DNA of 64,000 nt from Fistulifera solaris. Taxonomy: Eukaryota. The notes beneath the pieces were generated by a model. That model was not told the DNA's origin and made no database searches. It saw only the letters and a program-made list of their open reading frames with translations. Of the stretch, positions 39,860-52,250 are shown piece after piece; positions within the stretch are counted from its first letter, which is position 1, and each line of letters starts with the position of its first letter. The position numbers and the translations under genes are program-made. The DNA is taken from contig AP026137.1 of the NCBI GenBank assembly GCA_030295235.1, positions 62,001 to 126,000 on the forward strand. The letters run 5' to 3'.

Positions 39860-41487
39860 CTACAGTTCTCTTTTCCGCTTCAAACCACCCCTGGGATGAG
39901 ATGCATCAGAGCTAAGCGCTGTGTTGCTTTCGTCCAGGGTCGCTTCCCCATCAGCATCTAGTTCATCCAAATCCACGCTCTCCATATATTCGCACAACGT
40001 GACCGTATGATCGAACAACAAGAGTGCTGCATGCTGAAACTTTCTCGCTGTGCGTTTCGTTAAAGCCATTGGTACGAACAGTGATCGCACTTCGGTAGGC
40101 GCTTCGAGCAAGGACGCAGATCCATTGTACAAACGGTTGAGTGCATACAGTCGGTTGATGCGGCGTCCGTTCGAGAGCTTGTCGCCCGATTCATCCAGTA
40201 CTACAATGGATCGGTTCCGCGAAAGTAACTTTCTCATCCAGGGATAAATGTTTGTCGTTGGCGGTTCACCTTCGACGACCAGTGTACGCATACGTTTGTG
40301 CACTTCCAACGCTTTGAACACACCCTTGAAATGAGGAGTCCAGTCAATATTCCCATGATCTTTGCCTAACCGCAAATGTGTCAAGTACGGATTGCCCTTA
40401 ATAACACGAATCAATGCTTCGGCTACTGGTTTTACTTCGGAGGCATCTGGAAGTTTCCTTTCATAAAAGAGTCCTCTTCGTCGGAATCCTCCGTATCGCT
40501 CTCCACCGGAAAATAGTCTTCCCAGCAGGCGGTAAATCGGAGTCGTTCCAAATGCCCCAACTCGGCCAAGCGATTCAGAAAAGAAATCAGTAAATCCGCC
40601 CAATCATGGACGAGATCCAAGTTGAATGCAATGTCGAGATCTTTGGCAGCAATGGGGAGATTTTCGAAATCACGGGGCGTTAAACAATCGGCGTGCACTT
40701 CGCACGAGAGAGCGTTGACTGGCGCCGAAAAGGAATCCAGAATTTCTTCTTTTCGATACAACGCACCCATCGCTAACTTGTCGAACGTATTCTTCTGTTG
40801 CAGTAGACGTCGGATATTGGTGGAACATACTTGACGCAGATCGGGACGGAAGAAACTACTCGTCGACGACATGTGCAGTGATCCAAACGAAGATTTTCGT
40901 CGTTCCAGCGCTTCCACAAACGCCGCTCCTTTATCTTGAAAACAACTATCGTCGTCGAGTTTCAATGTCATCGAATAGGGCCGGGTGGCTAGAACAACGG
41001 ACTGCTCGGCCGTCCATGTTCCGCAGCGCAGCGATAGCTGTCGGTTGGCATCCAGGATAGACACGAGTTCCTCAGGTCGAAGGGCGGCACTATTGAAGCG
41101 AAATTCGTCTCGGCAATCATCTATTTCAATGACCAGTCGTTTCTGATTGTCGGAATGTTGTAACGTCCAGAACCATGCGGCTGTCTCGGCAATCGCTTCG
41201 TCCGTTTTTCCGTAAATGACACCAACTTGTTTCGCCAGCCGAAAACAAACATGCCGCTCTTGAAAGACGCGCTTTGCAATCTCGGATAAACAAAGAAAGG
41301 TCCCATTGTCTCGCCAGATGCAAATATTGTCATCCAGCAGCTGCTGCCAATCAGGTTCTCGCAAACATCGATAAATGGGTAAAGTGACACCGAATGGCGA
41401 TGGGTACGGTCGAAAGGCTTTTTGTTCCTCCGACAACTGATCAGCAGGAATGAGCTCTAACATGTTTTTGTTTGTTGTTTGAGCCAT
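39860..41487 (-). CDS. Expanded LRR-like family member, one frameshift at ~40470
   Basis: ORFs of 357 aa and 247 aa; acidic insert ESDTEDSDEED after LGHLERL; tail LKRKREL. Confidence 0.88.
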
Positions 41488-42404
41488 TGGAACATACAAC
41501 GTCAATGGAGCTTCTATAATATTATCTTTCGAATGAACCGAAGAAGAAAAAAAAAGCCCGCGAAAATCTCAACGTCCGGCTCAACGTCCGGGACTGAAAA
41601 ATGTTCACTCGTGTGACGTTATCTGTAAAAAAGAAATATCGTACCGGTACAAAAGCTTTCCGTTGCCTCATTTTTTCGTCTGCCTGTAAGCCGTCATTGT
41701 CGCCAGAAAGATCTTTTTTTGGATCTTTTTTTTATAAAAAACCAGTGCATCAGAATTTCTGTCTGTTTCAGAATAATAACAACAGTGTCTTCTGTACTAC
41801 GGAGTATAGAAGAGTACCGGTACCATCGAAAAATCCACGACTGCCTTCAGTCATGAATGTAAATTTCTTTTTAGCGACAAATAAGACTGCCAACAATTCG
41901 TTCGTTCAACAAATGTTCCTCGGCCGCATTCGTCTCTATTGCAATGAAAGAAATTTCTCTTACACGGCATTATATTTTACGTCGAAGAGCCTTGCGAAAC
42001 GTTATCCTCCGTATTTCGCCACGACTGCACTTCAGTCATGAATTAATAAAAAGTTCGAGCGACAATGCTGCCTAACCTTACAATTATTTGGTCGTTCAGC
42101 AACATACCTTGAGATACATTTGATGTTGTTGCTACATAGTAGTACGTAGCCTGCAGTTGGACGAACATGTCGGCGTGTCTGCTTGAAAGAATTAATGCTT
42201 AAAACGAAGAGGTCGTCACGATAGGGACGGCGTTTTGAAGGCCTTTGTCGACTACCGCAAAATTCATGTACGACTAACTGCCCGTCTTCCCACAATACGT
42301 GATAAAGATAAGAAGTAATCAAACATAGAGTCTAATGTCTGATCACTCATCATCATTTGCTAAGCGACCAAGACCTCATGAAGCAGATCAATTCACATCT
42401 CACC

Positions 42405-44056
42405 TTAAGCTGCTCTCTTTGCAGCTCGTGCCGGCTGAACCCTCGTTTTACGTTTCGAAGTGCGACGTTGATTAGCCTCAAGAAAAATGGTGGCAGCAAA
42501 CAGTGCATCCTCAAAATCCACCGCATGCAAAATCTCACATAGCGTGTCTACGTTATGTGACAGCAGTAGCGCGGTATGTTGATAATTCGTGGAAGCGCTT
42601 CTTGTCAGCGCTGATGTCACCAACAGGGGTCTCAAAGCTGTAGATTCATTCACTAGCCGAACAGATCCATTGTAACAGCCATTCAGAGCGTACGCCTCGT
42701 CGATGGTCGATCCATTAGTACACTTATTGCCTGATTCATCAACAACCACGATGTTTCTGTTGCGGGAAAGCAACCTTTCAAGCCAAGAAGGATAGAAGCA
42801 ATGTTTCTTCACAAAGTCGTCATTCACACCTATCAAAGCATCGCTCTCGGCGTTGTCACCGTTTCCGTAACTTTGCACAGCAAGAGTACGCAGACTTGGA
42901 TGCTTTTCTACCGCTTTGAAAATGCTCTTCATATGGGGCCCCCATTGCAAATAAGAATCACCGTCGGCCAAATCTAAAGAGGACAACTTTGGATTGCCGT
43001 GTATCGCACGGATCAGTGCCTCCACGACTGGGAACATATCGCTGTAATCAAAGAACTCCATAAACTCCGTTAGATCATTCTCTTCCGACAGGAACGGAAG
43101 GGAGATACTCAGTCTTTCCAAGTGGCCTAGCACGGCCACGCGATTCAGAAAATGAAACGAGGAGGTCGTCCCACTCGACGTCATAGCCGCGCACTAATAC
43201 CTTAAGTGTAAGATCTTTCGCCACGATATTGAGTGAATTAAAGAATTCGGGGTACATGTACCACGCATAAAATCGATAGTCGAGAACTTCCACCTTGGCA
43301 CAGAAAGGGTGTAATACACATTCTTCACTCGGTGCACAGATTCCGAGCTTTTCAAAGACATTTTCCAGTTTCAAAAGCCGTGTTAGATTGATATTGCTCA
43401 TAGAATCATCCTCTCTGCCACAAAAGATGGATAGAGAACCAAATGCAGATTCTCTGTCTTCCAGCGCTTCGACAAAGGCTGTCCCTCGGTCGCGAAACGC
43501 AAATCCATACCCAAAAAAGTGCAAATTGAGGGGATAAGGTCTTGTTGCTAGAACGCGGGCCTGTTCGGCGTCAATAGGAGCAGATATTTCGATACGCCTG
43601 GTCGGATTGGAGTCTAGAATATGCGCAAGCTGTTCTGCTTGGAGAGCACCAAAACGAAAGTTGCGCTCGTTATCGCTGCAAAATCGAAGCAGAGGCGTTT
43701 TTGTACGAGGTGCATGCTGCAGAGACCCAAAGTACGTGAATGTTTCGGCAATTGCGGAATCCTTTTCACCGTAAATAGCGCAGTCGACTTCCGCAAAACC
43801 TTTCAGTGTAAAAACAAAAATGACGCCCACGATAGGATTCAGAAATTTCGTTCCCCCAGTTCCAAACAAAAATAGTTTTGTTTTCTCGCCAAATCGCCAC
43901 TTTCTGATTCGAATCGAAGTCGTCTAAAGAATCAGGCTCACGTAGCAGCTTGTACAGAAGGGAGAATGCCTTTTTCGGCAGCAAAGCCTTTTGTCGTTGT
44001 GACAGCTGCTCCTTCGGAATGATTTGCAAGAGCGGACTTTCGTTCGGTTGATTCAT
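42405..44056 (-). CDS. Expanded LRR-like family member (tandem triplet, copy 1), two frameshifts
   Basis: ORFs 43766-44056, 43075-43869 and 42405-43184. Tail SKRKTRVQPARAAKRAA. Confidence 0.87.
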
Positions 44057-44696
44057 GTTCCCCTTTCAGTTCGACGTTCCATAGATCACGTACAGCAGCT
44101 TACTGTGGCTACAAATAAGAAAGAGCTTGATAAAGCTATATAGAATGATTCCTTTCGCGAATGATAATATCGAAAAAATGTTGTTGTGCGTCTTATGCGT
44201 CGTCCTCGTCTTTGGGGCCTTTCCCGAAATTCGGGAGTGTGAAAAATGAGCGGGTTCAAAAGATCGTAGCGGCATTGCACGAGTATATGGAATAAAGTAG
44301 GTTTTGACTGATGACGCATGATCACTGACTGAGATCATTCACTCGTGAAATTGTCGGCTAAGCTTAGTTAGATGAGTGTGCAGATGCAGCCTACTGCAAC
44401 CACGAGACGGAAACCATCATCAAGAAACTCTAGAGAGCATGTGTAAAGGTCAGCTGTCAAATTATCATGGCTATGAGATTGGCAGGATCGAAAAACGTTG
44501 TGTTTACATCTATTTTTTTGTAGAAACGGCAGCTACGAGAGCAACTCTATTGTTTAAGCACATGATCGCGAAAAAGGTTACTGCCAAATCATGGTTATGA
44601 AACCGAACTAGACAAAACGAATGACTACTCCGTAGAAAAGCGGAGAAGCCACATCTCATCTTCAGCTCCTCTCTTCCAAAGCTGCACTTTCGTAAT

Positions 44697-46207
44697 TCAA
44701 ACCATGCATAACTCACACATCGTGTCAGCATATTGCGACAGCAGTAGCGCTGTAAATTGAAAGTTTATGGAAGCGCTTCTTGTCAGCGCCGTTGCAACGA
44801 GCAGCGTTCTTAACGATGCAGATTCATTCACAAGTGCTAAGGATCCATTGTAAAATTCGTTCAGAGCATACGCCTTGTCGATGGTCGATCCGTTGGTACA
44901 TTTGTTCCCTAACATATCAACAACCACAATGTTCCTGTTATGAGAATGCAACTTTATTAGCCACGAAGGATCAAACAAGTGTGTTCGTTCAAATTCTTCG
45001 TCTTCGTCTTGTGACTCATCCTCGTCTTCATCACTATCATTCTTTGGCTCGTAGCTTTGCACAACAATAGTGCGAAGACTGGGATGGTCTTTTATCTCTT
45101 CAAAAATCCATTGGAAAAATGGTCCCCAATGCAAATGCGATTCATCGTCACTGAAATTCAAACACGATAACTTGGGATTGGCATGGATGGCAGAAATCAA
45201 TGCTTCCACCACCGGTGCTACGCCATTGACGTACGCATCGGTCTCATAATCCATCCCGCCCCGGAACAGAATGGACAGCGACAACCGTTCGAAATGTCCC
45301 AATTCCGCGACACGATTCAAAAACGCCACGAGGACCGCGGTCCAATCGTCGTTGCTGTCCAGAAAGAATTTAACCGAAAGGTTTTTTGCAACAATTTTGA
45401 GAGAAGTAAAGTCCTCGGGTTGTAAAAACCAACCCAACACACGATAATGCAGAATGTTGACTTTGGCGGAAAATGGAAGTAATGTCGATGCTTGATTCGG
45501 GGCACTGATTTCATGTTCTTCCACCACATGATCTAATTTGAGTAATCTTTCAAAATTACGACGGCTTAACGAATCTTCCTGCCACAGAAGACGAAAAGAG
45601 AACCGAACGGAGTGGTGCGATGCTCTAGGGCATCCAGAAAGGCGGTTCCGCGGTCCAGAAACACAAATTGGCCAACAAGCTTCAAGTCGAGCGGATACGG
45701 TCTCGTGGCTAGAACGTGTGCCTGTTCGGCGTTAATAGTAGCCGAGATTTCGATACGCCGGGCGGGATTCGAGTCTAAGATGTGCGCGAGCTGTGCGGGT
45801 TGTAAGTTGTGAAGATCAAGAGGGCTGTCGCTGGGGCAATAACAGAGAAGCACGGCCTTTGCTGTATCGGCTGGTTGATGTAGAGACACAAAATACGTGA
45901 AAGTTTCCGCAATCGCATCGTCGGTTTCACCATAAATGGTGCAATCAACGTCAATCATGCCTTCGAAACTGAAATGAAGATAACGTCCTCGAAACAGTTC
46001 CTCATTCTCGTCATCGCAATTCCAAACCAGGATCGTTCCGTTATCTCGCCAAATCGCCAGTTGTGTCTTCGAATCGAATTCTGTCAGAGACGAAGGTTCA
46101 CGGAATAGCGTGTGTAGAGGAGGGGATGACTTTTTCCTTAGAGCCTTTTGTTGTGACGACAGCTGCTCCTTCGGAATGCGTTGCAACAAAGGCAGACTTT
46201 CGTTCAT
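44697..46207 (-). CDS. Expanded LRR-like family member (tandem triplet, copy 2), frameshifted, tail absent
   Basis: MNESLPLLQRIPKEQLSSQQKAL; ORFs 45566-46258 and 44697-45527; long acidic insert. Confidence 0.85.
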
Positions 46208-46692
46208 TTTTCCTGTAGTTTGACGATATAATGCACGCGCAACGTCTATCAGCTGCAACTAGAAGTAGAACGAATACGCTTCGAAGTAAATGATGATGAT
46301 TCGAAGGAAATGATGAATGATGATGTTATTGTGAGTTGTGATGTGCGCATCTTTTTATTTGCGGCCGTTATATTTCGCAATGAGCGACGATGCTATCGTA
46401 GCGGTACCAGATACTGAAGTAAGTAGTACTCAGTACAAAAGCAAAAGTGACGCATAGTGCATGACTGAGATTCTTCACCCGTGATCGTGATATTGTCGAC
46501 TGACTTTATTATTTCTATGGCTATGTTTACGTCTATGGCAGCCAAGAGGCCAACTCTAACGTTGATGCTAAAAGGCTACCGTCGAACCACGGCTCTAAAA
46601 CTCGAACTACACAAAATGGAAACTCCGTAGAAGAAGAACTGAGAAAGCCGTATCTCATCTTCAAATGTTGTAATCTAAAATGCGGCGGCATC

Positions 46693-48221
46693 TTACAAGT
46701 CTGCACCATGTATGAACTCACAAAGAGTGTCGACATGTCGCGACAACAGTAGCCCCGTGTATTGCACGTTCGTCGATGCTCTGCTTTCCGTCAGTGCCGA
46801 TGTCACCAACAAAGGTCGTAATACCGAACAAGATTCGTTCACCAGCCCTAGGGAGCTGTTGTAAAAGTCATTCAGAGCGTACGCCTTGTCGATAGTCGAT
46901 CCGTTGGTACAAATGTTTCCTGAACTATCAACAACCACAATGTTCCTGTTATTGGAAAGCAGCTTTTCCAGCCAAGAAGGATGGAAACAGTATCTACGTT
47001 CAAAGTATTCGTCTTCGTCTCCAGTGTCATCTTCATCACTATTGTGATTGTAGGTTCGCACGAGAACAGTGCGAAGACTGGGATGGTCTTTACCTCTTCA
47101 AATACCCACTGGAAAAAGGGTCCCCAATGCAAATGCGATTCATCGTCGCTCAAATCCAAACAGGATAATTTTGGATTGGCATTTACGGCACCGATCAGTG
47201 CGGCGACGACCGGTGCTACTTGCCGAGCATAGGTATGCGGGTCAAAGTCTATTTCGGACCGGCAGAGATTGGCAAAGCTGAGCCTTTCAAAATGTCCCAA
47301 TTCCGCGACACGATGCCAAAACAAAACCGAAAGCATGGACCACTCGTCATCGCCATCTATGATGAACTTCAATGTCAGATCTCTTGCCACAATTTCGAGA
47401 GGGAGAAACTCTTCTGGCTCCATGTAGCGCGCATACAATCGGTATTCGAGTACGTCAACTTTGGCCAAGAATGGAAGTAATACACATTCTTCATTCGGTG
47501 AACTGATTTGGAGCTCCTCAAACATATTTTCCAGGTTCAGTAGCCGTTCCAAGTTGTTACTACTTATGGAATCCTCCATTTCGCCGCAATAGATAAAAAG
47601 GGACCCAAAGGTAGATTCTCTGTGTTCCAGCGCTTCCACAAAGGCGGTTCCTTGGTCGAGAAACGCAAAGTCGTGCCCAACAAACTTCAAATCCAGCGAA
47701 TACGGTCTGGTTGCTAAAACACGGGCCTGTTCGGCGCTAATGACAGCGGATAAATCGATACGCCTCGTTGGATTGGAGTCTAATATTCGAGCGAGCTGCT
47801 CGGGTTGCAGGCAGCCAAAATCAAAAGGAATTTCGTCATCGCAAATACATTGCAGTACTGCCTTATTTGCTGTATCTCCTAGATGCGGCAGGGATGCAAA
47901 GTACGTGAATGTATCGGCAATTGCGATATCATTTTTACCATAAATAGCGCAGTCGATGTCCGCGAAACCTAACAGTGTAAAATGGAGATCTTGTCCCCGA
48001 AATAGTTCCTCATTTTCATCCTCACAATTCCAGACAAAAATCGTTCCGTTTTCTTGCCAAATTGCCAGCTGTTGGTTCGGATCGAATTCTGTCAGGGCCG
48101 TAGGCTCACGGAGCAGCCTGTATAAAGGAACGTTTTCCGGCAATAACGCCTTTTGTTGGGACGACAGCTGCTCCTTCGGAATGCGTTGCAAGAGCGAGTG
48201 TTCGTTCGGTGGACGACTCAT
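46693..48221 (-). CDS. Expanded LRR-like family member (tandem triplet, copy 3), one frameshift, tail absent
   Basis: ORFs of 449 aa and 122 aa; acidic insert SDEDDTGDEDE. Confidence 0.87.
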
Positions 48222-48380
48222 CGTTCGCTGCCGTACAAAGGTCTCAAGTGCACGAGAAGTTTATCCGCGGCAATAAGATGTCAATTTATTTGATTGACAA
48301 GAATGAAAGTTGATGTAAAGCAGCAAGCGAATTTCTTGTTGATCGCGATAATAAACAACACATCTGGATAAGTCAAACAG

Positions 48381-48708
48381 TCAAACAACACACGCGCCCA
48401 GATTTCATGGACAGGCGAAAAATCACTCCCCCAGATTTTATGGGTACGTGCAAACAGCACTCTCCCAGATATCATGGGAACGTGAAAACAGCACTAGCCC
48501 AGGAAGGGACGTTAAAATTCTGCCTCTCAGTACAAGTTTCTACGTAGATCCTACGGCGAGGCAGAATTTTAACGTCCTTCCAGATTTTCAAGACATGTGA
48601 AAATCATACTCCCCCAGATTTTCTGGGATCATGAAAAAACCACACTCCCAGATTTTATGGGGACGTGCTAACAGCACTTTACCCTGTTTTTATGGTAACG
48701 TGAAAACA
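48381..48708 (-). repeat. 34-bp hairpin array (~7-8 degenerate units)
   Basis: Reverse complement of the 1629-2700 unit (CACTCTCCCAGATTTTCTGGGAACGTGAAAA). Confidence 0.88.
48503..48580. mobile_element. 78-bp mini inverted-repeat element inserted in the 34-bp array
   Basis: Perfect 20-bp IR GGACGTTAAAATTCTGCCTC / GAGGCAGAATTTTAACGTCC; CAG duplicated at 48500-48502 and 48581-48583; removing it restores a repeat unit. Confidence 0.75.
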
Positions 48709-48871
48709 ATCACAGCGCTATAACAGAATGTACGTAAGGCTTACACGTATAGTAATGACCTAGAGCAGAACACACACTTTTTGTTTTTTGTCCTATAATC
48801 TTGTCCTAATAATCATAATTGATTGCTTTTGTAATCGCCGCTCATCCTCAGCACTGCGTGCTTCTGCAAGA

Positions 48872-50163
48872 ATGAACCATCTCCGACGCCTCCACCGACT
48901 GTCGTCTCGACAAATGTCGCTGCAACCGCTGGAGGAAGCAGGACAGCCAATTCCCATGTACAGACGAGCAATGGTCACAACTACTGGAAGCCAATCCCAC
49001 CACCAATCTTTGCCTCTCGGCGGGAAACTTAACCAAACAACAATCCACCATCTTGGCGACCCGGCCGTGTCGTTAGCATTTCAAATTGTGCGGAGATGGG
49101 CTGACATTCCAGGATGGTGGAACGGCGTTTGTGGACGCCCTCGAAAAACGACAATCATCCTTTGGTACCCTGGGTAATTATCTGGAGACGCGATGGATGT
49201 CCGCTGAGTGTGATGAATATGAAAGGACTGTTGGAGCTGGAAATGCTCGACAAGCTGGATGTGTGTGGCACGGAAGATGACTTCGGCCTCCTTCCGTTGT
49301 CCTCCAAGGCCAGCAAAGCGGTCGAATACCGCATGCACATACACCCTCTCATCCAACCCCACGACTTTCGTGACCTCGCTAGTTCGGCCAAAGACTTGCA
49401 GTGGACGTTCCGTGCCACCATTCGTGACAACTGGGACGCGCTCCTGCTGGCGTTTTGACATCGGGTTGCGGAATTGGATCATCTGGAACGGTTTTGTCTT
49501 TCTCCGCTATCATTTATTTTACGGAACGGCACGCTCCTTTGGATTTGAATAAGGTAGAACCTCTGGTGGAAGCACTGATCCGTGTCATCCACGCCCATTC
49601 CAAGCTATCGTGTTTGGATTTGAGCGGCACACCAGTGTATTTGGAATGGGGGCCGCATTTGCATGCTTTGGAGAAACACCCGAGTCTTCGTACGCTAGTT
49701 GTGCAAGACTATGAGCTCGATGATGAGGCGGATGCGTCCGAAGGCAATGTTTTTGTGTGTCGATACAATTTTTATCCCTCGTGGTTGCAAAAGTTGCTCT
49801 CCCGTAACAGAACATTGTGGTTCTTGATAGTTCAGGGAAGAAGTGTACCAACGGATCGACAATTGATAAGCGTACGCTCTGAATGACTTTTTCAACGGAT
49901 CTGTTCGGCTAGTGGGTGAATCATCTACAGCGTCGAGACCCCTGTTGGTGGCAACGGCGCTGACAGAAAACGCTTCCACTAATTTTCAATACACGGCGCT
50001 ACTGCTGTCACACTATATAGACACGCTCTGTGAGTTTGTGCACGGGCTAGATTTCGAAGATGCCGCATTGGTGTTTTCATACCTCCAGGTCTTACTGCAA
50101 AACGCCACAGGAGGGTTGAGCCGTCTACTTTCTGCAAAGAAAGCATTCCGAGATGAGGTGTGA
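48872..50163 (+). pseudogene. Family pseudogene with a large N-terminal deletion
   Basis: PIPMYR jumps almost directly to ILATRP; stops and frameshifts; C-terminal blocks resemble the 42-48 kb triplet. Confidence 0.8.
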
Positions 50164-50291
50164 GTTCTCTACTTGCTTTTGGTAGCGCATGTTTAGGCTA
50201 TAATCATAGAGTATCTACCAGGAAGAATATAGAGTTGATTTCTGGACGAGTCCGGTTAGTGGGTGAATTACTCTTCCATACCTTAGCTACA

Positions 50292-50391
50292 GTAAAAACA
50301 GCGGTCATTCAGATCTAAGTGAAAGCAGCACTCTCCCAGATTTTCTGAGGACGTGAAAACATCACTCTCCCAGATTTTCTGGAAGGTAAAA
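50292..50391 (-). repeat. 34-bp hairpin array (2-3 units)
   Basis: CACTCTCCCAGATTTTCTG occurs twice at 34-bp spacing. Confidence 0.8.
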
Positions 50392-50485
50392 ATTGTAAGA
50401 CGCTTGGCGCATGTAGCATGTACCATGTACCACATCACACACCCGGACTTATCGTTCTGATCATGTAGCACACGTCGCCGAACCA

Positions 50486-51082
50486 TTGATTCGTGCTATT
50501 TGTGCCAACCCGCACCTGGCGTACTTGGATTTGAGTGGTAATATTGGCTACTTTAATAATTGGACGGAACATCTGAAATGTATTTTTGAGGCAATGGAAG
50601 AGCACACCACATTACAAACGCTTGTTGTTGACATCCATCCAACTATTATTTTCCGGCCTTCCTTGCTCGAGAAGTTGCTGTCGCGCAATCGCAAAATTGC
50701 TGTTTTCGACCGATCTCGCAAGCGGATCTCAAATGGAACGACCATTGACAAGCTTTACGCGCTAAATCGGCTTTACAATGGATCAGAGTCGCTAATGAAA
50801 GAGCAAACATCATATCGGTCATTTCTGATGGTGATGGCTTTGACGGAAAAAGCTTTCGAAAATTTTCAGCACGCAGGGCTGTTGCTGTCAAATCATGTCG
50901 ATATGCTTTGTGAGTTAATTGCTGGAGCGGATCTTGACACGGTTGCCGCTACGCATGCAGAAATGGATGAAACGATGACAGCGGTTACAAGTCCTTCCGA
51001 ATCTGGTCGAACGACAGTAGCGAAACGTACACGGGTCCAAGTATCAGAAAAGTCGAAGAAAGCTGCTCGAAATGACGCTTAG
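50486..51082 (+). pseudogene. 5'-truncated family member (open C-terminal 198 codons); closest to the copy at 1-1486
   Basis: LIRAICANPHLAYLDLSG...EAMEEHTTLQTLVVDI...KKAARNDA; no N-terminal blocks upstream. Confidence 0.8.
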
Positions 51083-51194
51083 TAGCATTTGTTCGCTTCC
51101 GCCACTTTATTCCTTCCTTCTATCAACTCACTTGATCGCTTTGATCCAATTTAACTAACCGGTTTGTTCAACCAAATAAATGTGGTTCGAAGAC

Positions 51195-51335
51195 TCATCC
51201 ACCTAATCTATGAACTCACACAGCACGTCGGTGTGATCGGACAATACCGTAGCAGAGCCGCGTATAGAGAGTTCGTCGTAAAAACCGCAACAATCTCGAT
51301 GCTTTCAAACCAGCTTGCTGAGCCGCAGTATCAAG
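51195..51335 (-). pseudogene. Tiny C-terminal remnant of the family
   Basis: Reads YCGSAS and LSDHTDVLCEFI on the minus strand. Confidence 0.6.
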
Positions 51336-51412
51336 GGAAATGAAAGTGCCGATAAGTCTCTATTAGCAGGAGCAATAATATAAGAGGCGAAGGAATGAAT
51401 CACGCACGATGG

Positions 51413-51640
51413 ACGTAAAAACAACAGCCACCCAGATTTTCTGTGTACTTCAAACACCAATCGCCCAGATATTCTGTGGATTGCAAAGCACCATTCGTCC
51501 AGATTTTCTGGGAGTGTGAACTTACCACACTCCCAGACTTTCTGGGAACGTCAAAATCACACCCCCAGATTTTCTGGGGAAGTCGAAATTTTACAAACGT
51601 GGCGACACCGCTCTCCCAGAATGTCTGGATACGTCAAAAG
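51413..51640 (-). repeat. 34-bp hairpin array (~6 degenerate units)
   Basis: Repeated CCCAGATTTTCTG-like cores at ~34-bp spacing. Confidence 0.85.
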
Positions 51641-51650
51641 TTGAAATCAA

Positions 51651-52112
51651 TATCCCAACCTTTTCAAAAATTGTCTGGGTTCAGACAATTTTCTGTAGCT
51701 TTACGTAAGCTAGTACATAAAAAAATTGTCTGAACCCAGACAATTTTTGTCACGTACAAATACTACTACAGCATATCCTTAACCCTTTGGAAAATAATTT
51801 AAATCATCAGTTTTTGACCAAAATAATGAATAAACAAAAGATCAAATTTATCAGTCAGATGCATTAGAAAAATACTGAATACAATGTTATGTTTTGTTTT
51901 TAAATCTATTTTTGAAGTTTTTCTGCCTTGTACTTCCGGGTTCTTTCACGTAGAAACGCTGGTACATTTTCAAATCGTCGTTACGTAGCAGTGTCATACA
52001 AATTCTACGACGGTGACAAAAATTGTCGAACTGGTATACAATTTTTGATTCAGAGTTTTACCGCAAAATAAAAATTGTCTGAACCCCGACAATTTTTTTG
52101 AAGGTTGGGATA
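51651..52112. mobile_element. MITE with ~42-bp imperfect TIRs
   Basis: TATCCCAACCTTTTCAAAAATTGTCTGGGTTCAGACAATTTT at the left and its near reverse complement at the right; ATAT flanks the CCC/GGG ends on both sides; a third hairpin copy lies at 51721. Confidence 0.85.
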
Positions 52113-52250
52113 TAACACGATTTATCTCTTCATGCATGGAGCTTCGACCAAGAGCTTATTATTCGACGATGATGCGAGCGTATTGCGATTGTACCTGGTA
52201 TCAAGAAGCTCTTTTTCCCTATACACCTTCATGATTTAATAAACAACGAA

